Origin: Rubripirellula sp.
Lineage (GTDB): Bacteria > Planctomycetota > Planctomycetia > Pirellulales > Pirellulaceae
DNA: 64,000 nt
Reading direction: 5' to 3'
Assembly (NCBI GenBank): GCA_965216875.1
Contig: OZ244207.1
Location: 1,952,001 to 2,016,000, forward strand
Under the pieces are notes generated by a model. It searched no databases. It was not told the DNA's origin and saw only the letters and a list, made by a program, of their open reading frames with translations. The first letter of the stretch is position 1. Each line of letters starts with the position of its first letter. Shown in pieces: positions 58,392 through 64,000 of the stretch. The position numbers and the translations under genes were made by a program.

Positions 58392-59444
58392 CTAAGCAGC
58401 GCGACGCTTGCGTGAACCGCGCGAGTTTGAGTTGTTTTCGAGCCCTTCGGCCGAGATGCAATCGACGACACGTTGGCACAGCTTGTCGATTTCATTGAGG
58501 TAGCTGTCCGACTTGCTGCTGAAATACATGTAGGCCAGGTAGGCGGGAATCGCGACGCTCAAGCCACCCGCGGTCGTCATCAAGGCGACACTAATGCCTG
58601 ATGCGAGTGCTTCGGGTCGGCCGATCGATTCCTGTGTGCTGATCACGTCGAAGGCTTGGATCATTCCGATCACCGTCCCAAGCAGACCGAGTAGGGGGGC
58701 GACGTTCGAGATCGCATGAAAGACTCTCAAGAAGCGGCGCAACCGTTCGGAAACTCGGTCTCCTGCGTCCATCACGGCTTGTTCAATTTCGAACATGGGG
58801 CGGCCCCACCGGCGCACTGCGGCGCGGAACACCTCGGCGACCGGGCAATCGAACTCTTCGCAGATCTCTGCCGCTTCGTCGTAACTGAGCTGGCCGTCTT
58901 CAACGCATTCGGTAAAGCGACGGACAAACGGGCGTGGGATCACGCGCCGACGTCGTAGGGCGATCATCCTTTCGAGTGAAAGTGTCAAAACGACGAGCGA
59001 ACAGATCCCGAGTGGAATCATCAACCATCCGCCCTGGGCGATTTTGGTGATGAAGGCTGGCATCTGCCACGGCTCGGCCGCTTCCGCTTGTCCAGCGGCT
59101 GGAGCGTTGGGATCGCCCTGAGGTCCGGTCATTGCGGCGGACGGAATGGTTGGAATGGCTGAGGGTTGCCCGAGACTCTGACCAGCGGTTGTTGGTCGCG
59201 CCGTCGTGGGGGCGAACTGTGGTTGCTGGGCGATGCGGACCGAAGGCTGCGGAGCCTGATTGAATTGGGGTGGCTGGAACTGCCCATGCGCTTGTTGCAT
59301 CGATCCAGCGAGCCAGATGGCACCGCCACAGAGCACCAGTGCAGGAACGATTCTCGACAGCAAGCCAGGCAAGTGATTCCGGCGCGATGGCGATTCGATC
59401 AACCGGGTTCGGCGAGCGACGGGACGTTTTCGTGAATCGTTCAT
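58392..59444 (-). CDS. exbB: MotA/TolQ/ExbB proton channel family protein
   Basis: APLLGLLGTVIGMIQAF and ALMTTAGGLSVAIP motifs; ATG overlaps the upstream TGA. Confidence 0.9.
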   Translation of the reverse strand: MNDSRKRPVARRTRLIESPSRRNHLPGLLSRIVPALVLCGGAIWLAGSMQQAHGQFQPPQFNQAPQPSVRIAQQPQFAPTTARPTTAGQSLGQPSAIPTIPSAAMTGPQGDPNAPAAGQAEAAEPWQMPAFITKIAQGGWLMIPLGICSLVVLTLSLERMIALRRRRVIPRPFVRRFTECVEDGQLSYDEAAEICEEFDCPVAEVFRAAVRRWGRPMFEIEQAVMDAGDRVSERLRRFLRVFHAISNVAPLLGLLGTVIGMIQAFDVISTQESIGRPEALASGISVALMTTAGGLSVAIPAYLAYMYFSSKSDSYLNEIDKLCQRVVDCISAEGLENNSNSRGSRKRRAA

Positions 59445-61318
59445 CTTCTCAATATCGGATCGGATTGTTGTTGATTCGGAACGTTTTCGGGTGCAATTGC
59501 GGCTAATCGCCGACGGGCCAACGCGGCATGCGGGCTGTTGGCAAATCGGTTCACAAGCCCCAAGTAGCAAACTGCGGCTTCGCGTGTCCGCCCCAATTGT
59601 TCAAAAGACTTGCCGGCCTGGACGAGCGACACCGCAGCAAACGCGCCCCCAGGGTCGATACCTTCGACGTGACGATAGGCCTCGATCGCCGAAGGGAAGT
59701 TTTGTTGCAAGTAGAAGGTCTCGCCGATCAACCATTGAGCACGCCCGCGAAGGGAAGCGTCGGTGTCGGTTGTTCGAACGACCTTTTCGAGGTGCCCGCG
59801 AGCCTGATCGAACTCGATGCGCCGAATCGCGAGCTCGGCATCAAGGAGGCTCACAAGCGAAAGGTGAAACACGTCTTCGCCAGCAGCTTGTCGAGCAGCG
59901 TCCACACGGCGCTGCGCAAGTTGCGCATCTTCGCCAGTCGACGTTTCCGTCTCTGCACAACGCAAGAGGGTTGCAAAATCATTGACATTGCGTTGCTCAA
60001 TCAAATGATTCCACCACGGCCGCGCGTCGGCTGGCCGTCCTGTTTGCATCAGCGCTTCGGCAAACAAGCGTTCCACGGAAGCGGTTCGCGACCGAGAGGG
60101 GTTGTCGATCGATTCGGTTTCTGAAGCGAGGGCCAGCATCGCCCAATGTTGTTGGCGTCCTGCCCAGCGACAGGCCGCCTCGCGTGCACCCTTCGTGATC
60201 GCGAGTTCCGCCGTGGGGGCGATAAAGCTAGCTGCGATTCGTTCGGCAAGCGATTGTTTTTTCGATGCGATCAGAGCTTGTAGTAGGTCCGACGTGAATT
60301 GGCCCGACTTGTCCATCGCCGCCAACCGTCGCGTGAATCGGTCAAAGGAATCGTCGTCGGCGGCGCCGGCTGCTGCGATGACTCCCCACTGAATGCGTCG
60401 TGCGTCAAGCAAGTCAAACCTTGCGGAAGCTGCATCCGACAGCAACCAGGCTTCGATTTCTTCCGGAACCTGTTCGAGGGAATGGTTGTTCGCCCGATTC
60501 TGAACCATCTGAAATGCAGAATCGGAATCGGGCCATCGCGACAGCAGGTCCGCTCGCATTCGTGATGCATCGTCCTTGCGTCCAGCCTGCTGCAAGCACT
60601 CGGCGCACGCCCGAGCTGCTCGCGGTGCATCGGCGTGGCTAGGAAACTCTTGAACGAATCGTGCCAGGTGCCGCGCCGCCTCTTCGGGACGATCGCCCAT
60701 CAGTGCCAGTGCCCAGGCGGCACCGAGTGCGGGCAACGCGCGGGCATCGCCATCAGTATTGGCGCCGGCGAGCGTGTAGGCCTTGTAGGCTGTGTGGTTA
60801 TCTTGCAGTGCAAAAGCAGCGCTACCAATTCGCAGGCACAGTTTTACTGCCATGCTTCGTTGCGTGCCCTCTTGGTCACCCGTCCCGTCCTGAGCGAGGA
60901 GTGGCATCAGGACCTCAAACGCTTCTGCGACCTGCTTGGTTTGCAGGAGCGACGAGCAGGCGGCAAGTCGAATGAGGTTGACCTTCTTGGCCGCCAGTTG
61001 TGTTGAGCCGCCCTGTTTCTCAGAAGCGCGAAGGCTCAGTCGGTAGAACTCGGCGGCTTGCTCTAGCTTGCCTACCTTTTCGAAAGCTTGTGCAAGTCTC
61101 GCGATGGGCAAGGTGGCTTCCGCACCTTCGTCGACCACGGTGCGGGCCAGGTTCGCCGCCGATGTGAGTTTAGAGGCGGCAATAAAGGCATCGATTTCCA
61201 CGGCGCGCGATGACGCGTCCTCGGTTGCCGATGCAACATTCGTGGTCGGCGATTGGCCATGCGCAAGCGAAGCACAGCAGAGAACGAAGACCACGAGCGA
61301 CAGTGATCGCACTCGCAC
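59441..61318 (-). CDS. exported tetratricopeptide repeat protein
   Basis: YbgF/CpoB-like TPRs (FPSHADAP, AQWLIGETFY, AGKSFEQLG). The ORF is open to 61573; GTG 61318 precedes a signal peptide. Confidence 0.75.
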   Translation of the reverse strand: MRVRSLSLVVFVLCCASLAHGQSPTTNVASATEDASSRAVEIDAFIAASKLTSAANLARTVVDEGAEATLPIARLAQAFEKVGKLEQAAEFYRLSLRASEKQGGSTQLAAKKVNLIRLAACSSLLQTKQVAEAFEVLMPLLAQDGTGDQEGTQRSMAVKLCLRIGSAAFALQDNHTAYKAYTLAGANTDGDARALPALGAAWALALMGDRPEEAARHLARFVQEFPSHADAPRAARACAECLQQAGRKDDASRMRADLLSRWPDSDSAFQMVQNRANNHSLEQVPEEIEAWLLSDAASARFDLLDARRIQWGVIAAAGAADDDSFDRFTRRLAAMDKSGQFTSDLLQALIASKKQSLAERIAASFIAPTAELAITKGAREAACRWAGRQQHWAMLALASETESIDNPSRSRTASVERLFAEALMQTGRPADARPWWNHLIEQRNVNDFATLLRCAETETSTGEDAQLAQRRVDAARQAAGEDVFHLSLVSLLDAELAIRRIEFDQARGHLEKVVRTTDTDASLRGRAQWLIGETFYLQQNFPSAIEAYRHVEGIDPGGAFAAVSLVQAGKSFEQLGRTREAAVCYLGLVNRFANSPHAALARRRLAAIAPENVPNQQQSDPILRR

Positions 61319-61762
61319 CGCGTTGAGGCGGAGCGATCGGCGAGATTGAGTGGTTTGAGAGTTTTTCAGCGTGACGATGATGGGCGATCCATGCCTACAA
61401 AGTACGAGCCGTGATTTCGTGAGTCGCGTCAGCGAACGCGACGAAGCTTCATCGCTGACCGCGGCGGCCAAGCGTGCAGACTCACGACCCCGTAAATACC
61501 CCAATCGGTAAACCCAACGCAATCCTGGCTTTGCCCTGACCTTGCCAGTGCGATTCCCCTGCCAAGGTGACACGCGGTAGGCAATTTGGAGCCGAAAAAG
61601 GACCAGAATCGGTCGATCTGGGGAAAAGAGAGCTAGGCCCCAAAACTTCTTTCATCTACTCTGTAATGATCGAAAATCCCGTGTTTCGCGGCCTTTGACT
61701 CGCATTCTGCTGCCGCGGATTCACCCCCCACTTGGTTTGGCTCCGGTTCTAGAACACTTCGC

Positions 61763-64000
61763 ATGCTCAAAGCACTCGAACTGGCCGGATTCAAAAGCTT
61801 TGCCGATCGAACCCGGTTCGAATTCCCGGACGGGATCACGGTTGTCGTCGGGCCCAATGGTAGCGGCAAGTCGAACATCGTCGACGCCATCAAGTGGGTC
61901 CTCGGCTCCCAAAGCGCCAAGAGCCTTCGCGGCAAAGACATGTCGGACGTGATCTTCAAGGGATCACAAACTCGCGGGCCGGCCGGGACCGCAGAGGCGA
62001 CGATCATCTTCGACAATTCGACCGGCGACCTGCCCGTCGACGCTCCCGAGGTCCATGTGACTCGGCGAGTCTATCGCAGTGGCGAAGGCGAGTACCTGAT
62101 CAACAACCAGCCAGTGCGGCTGAAGGACGTCAAGAACCTGATTCGTGGAACGGGTATCGGCATCGACGCCTATTCGTTGATCGAGCAGGGCAAAGTCGAC
62201 CGCATGCTCCAGGCCAATGCAAAGGATCGTCGCGCGATCTTTGAAGAAGCGGCCGGTATCAGTCGGTTCAAAGCAAAGAAGCTTGAGGCCGAACGCCGCT
62301 TGGCCCGCGTGCAATCGAACCTGACACGATTGGGCGATATCGTTGACGAGGTTGCGTCGCGTTTGCGAAGTATCCGCAGCCAGGCGTCGAAGGCTGAAAA
62401 ATACCGCCAGGCCAGCGAGCGAATGAAGGAGCTTCGTACCCAAGTCGCATGGGCCGACTGGGGCGACCTTTCAACCGAGCTTGATGCGTCACAGCAAGAG
62501 CTGACGCAGGCGATCGAGAACCAAAAGCAGCTCGAAACGCTGCGCGAGGAAATGTCGCAGCAGCGTCAGGCGGCCGACATCCAGCTTCAGCAGATCGCCG
62601 AAGAGGCACGAGGCGCCGAGCAGCAACGTAGTGAGTGGCTGCAACAGATTGCCCAGCATGCCGGGCGACGCGATGCTGACAAGATGGCGATCAAGGACCT
62701 GCGCAAGACGGTCGCAAAGTCGTTGCGGCGAGTTCGGTTGCTGCAAAACCAAGCCGGTTCCGCAGCCGCTGAATTGCGAGGTGCTTCGGAGCGACTGAAG
62801 CAATACCAGTTAGAACTTGATTCGGTCAAAGCACGCAGCGCCGAAGCGGAAGCTGAACGGGATCGCGTTCAGGAAGAGGTCACCCAGGTTCGCGAGCGTC
62901 GTGACGACATCCAGCAGAAACACCTCGCAACGGTTCGCCGTGTTGCCGACATGGATGCGAGTCGCCAACGCTGCGAACAGCGTGTGGCTGAGACATCGCG
63001 GTTGTTGGAAAATCTTGGCAAACGCGAACAGGTCGCCAAAGGCCTTTTGGCCGAAGCTGAAAAAGAAGCCGCCGCCGCGCGTGATCGCGTCGAAACGCTC
63101 GACAACAAGATCGCTGCCGCTGCGAAGGAGATTGAGCTCGCCGACGCCAAGCTGGCTGAAAACCGTCGCACGCTCGAGCGTCGCCGCGAAGAAATATCGG
63201 CGCTCAAGGTGCGGCTGCAAGGAGTCACCGAGCGACACAACGTCCTCGAAGATCTCGCTCGCCGGCAAGAAGGTGTTTCCGGCGGCGTCCGAACCATTCT
63301 TGCCCAGCTGACTGAGTCATCGTCAAATCTGGGTGTGACTTTGCATGGGATGGTGGCCGATTGCTTCGAAGTTGACGTCAAAGTTGCGCCGCTGATCGAT
63401 GCAGCATTGGGCGAACGCAGCCAATACCTTGTTGCTGCCGACGGATCGCTGCAAAAAGCAATCCTCAGTGGCGAGCTCGAAATCAACAGTCGCGTTGGGT
63501 TGATTCGCATCGACGAGCTTCCCTCACGCCGACCTGGCGACCGAATCCGGCTCGACGGGTTGAAGGGAGTCATCGGGCGGGGCGATCGCATGATTCGCTG
63601 CGAACCTGAGTTTGAACCTCTCGCTCGCCATCTGCTTAGCAACACTTGGTTGGTCGATTCGCTCGAGACCGCATGGGCCCATCGCAAACTCAGCGGTGCG
63701 GGGCTGCGTTTTGTGACCGCTTCGGGCGAATTGCTTGATTCAGATGGGACCACCGTCCTCGGTCCCGCCGGAACATCAACCGGCTTGGTCAGTCGTCGCA
63801 GTGAATTGGCGGCAGCGAAACAAGAAATTGAACACTACCGCTTTCAACTCGAGGAAGCGACGCAGGAAACCGAGCGTCTTGATGGTCGCGTCGACGAACA
63901 GGCCGCAGACCTGGGCCGCATTGAAACCAAGCATCGTAACCTCATTACTGATCGAGCAGCCTCCGAAGCCGAACGCCGCCACGTTGACGAGAGACTCGGC
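61763..64000 (+). CDS. smc: chromosome segregation protein SMC (5' part, runs off the window)
   Basis: Manually translated MLKALELAGFKSFADRTRFEFPDGITVVVGPNGSGKSNIVDAIKWVLG, then IEQGKVD, FEEAAGIS, a coiled coil and the hinge. Absent from the ORF track because there is no stop in the window. Confidence 0.95.
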   Translation, partial: MLKALELAGFKSFADRTRFEFPDGITVVVGPNGSGKSNIVDAIKWVLGSQSAKSLRGKDMSDVIFKGSQTRGPAGTAEATIIFDNSTGDLPVDAPEVHVTRRVYRSGEGEYLINNQPVRLKDVKNLIRGTGIGIDAYSLIEQGKVDRMLQANAKDRRAIFEEAAGISRFKAKKLEAERRLARVQSNLTRLGDIVDEVASRLRSIRSQASKAEKYRQASERMKELRTQVAWADWGDLSTELDASQQELTQAIENQKQLETLREEMSQQRQAADIQLQQIAEEARGAEQQRSEWLQQIAQHAGRRDADKMAIKDLRKTVAKSLRRVRLLQNQAGSAAAELRGASERLKQYQLELDSVKARSAEAEAERDRVQEEVTQVRERRDDIQQKHLATVRRVADMDASRQRCEQRVAETSRLLENLGKREQVAKGLLAEAEKEAAAARDRVETLDNKIAAAAKEIELADAKLAENRRTLERRREEISALKVRLQGVTERHNVLEDLARRQEGVSGGVRTILAQLTESSSNLGVTLHGMVADCFEVDVKVAPLIDAALGERSQYLVAADGSLQKAILSGELEINSRVGLIRIDELPSRRPGDRIRLDGLKGVIGRGDRMIRCEPEFEPLARHLLSNTWLVDSLETAWAHRKLSGAGLRFVTASGELLDSDGTTVLGPAGTSTGLVSRRSELAAAKQEIEHYRFQLEEATQETERLDGRVDEQAADLGRIETKHRNLITDRAASEAERRHVDERLG

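Noticed and set aside
61633..63982. Minus-strand ORFs at the window end
   Set aside because: They are antisense shadows of smc.

Overview
This looks like a GC-rich chromosomal window from a planctomycete, probably Pirellulaceae. That is inferred from a TIGR02996 protein, two sulfatases, DHOR cytochromes, an ExbBD/prenyltransferase-repeat cluster and a conserved HTH-REC regulator. Recognisable housekeeping genes are moaC, a polyprenyl synthetase, M42 and M13 peptidases, a fatty-acid beta-oxidation operon, queG and the 5' part of smc. Many intergenic gaps hold palindromic REP/REPIN-like repeats from at least six families. No transposase, integrase, tRNA, rRNA or cas gene was seen. The most striking structure is at 52.1-54.9 kb: five short, unrelated, co-oriented ORFs, each separated by a copy of the same GTAG-type REPIN (one copy is a half element). 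The layout resembles an integron cassette array but uses REP hairpins instead of attC sites. Other candidates are a repeat-bounded locus pairing an RlmN-like radical SAM gene (lacking the resolving Cys) with an orphan AbiEii nucleotidyltransferase, a TIGR02996-LRR protein and a sulfotransferase; a 4.9 kb island of orphan genes between inverted repeat copies; a BlaI-BlaR1-secretin-like operon with visible operator palindromes; and tandem DHOR paralogs with a variable insert. All calls come from reading motifs by eye; no database searches were run.
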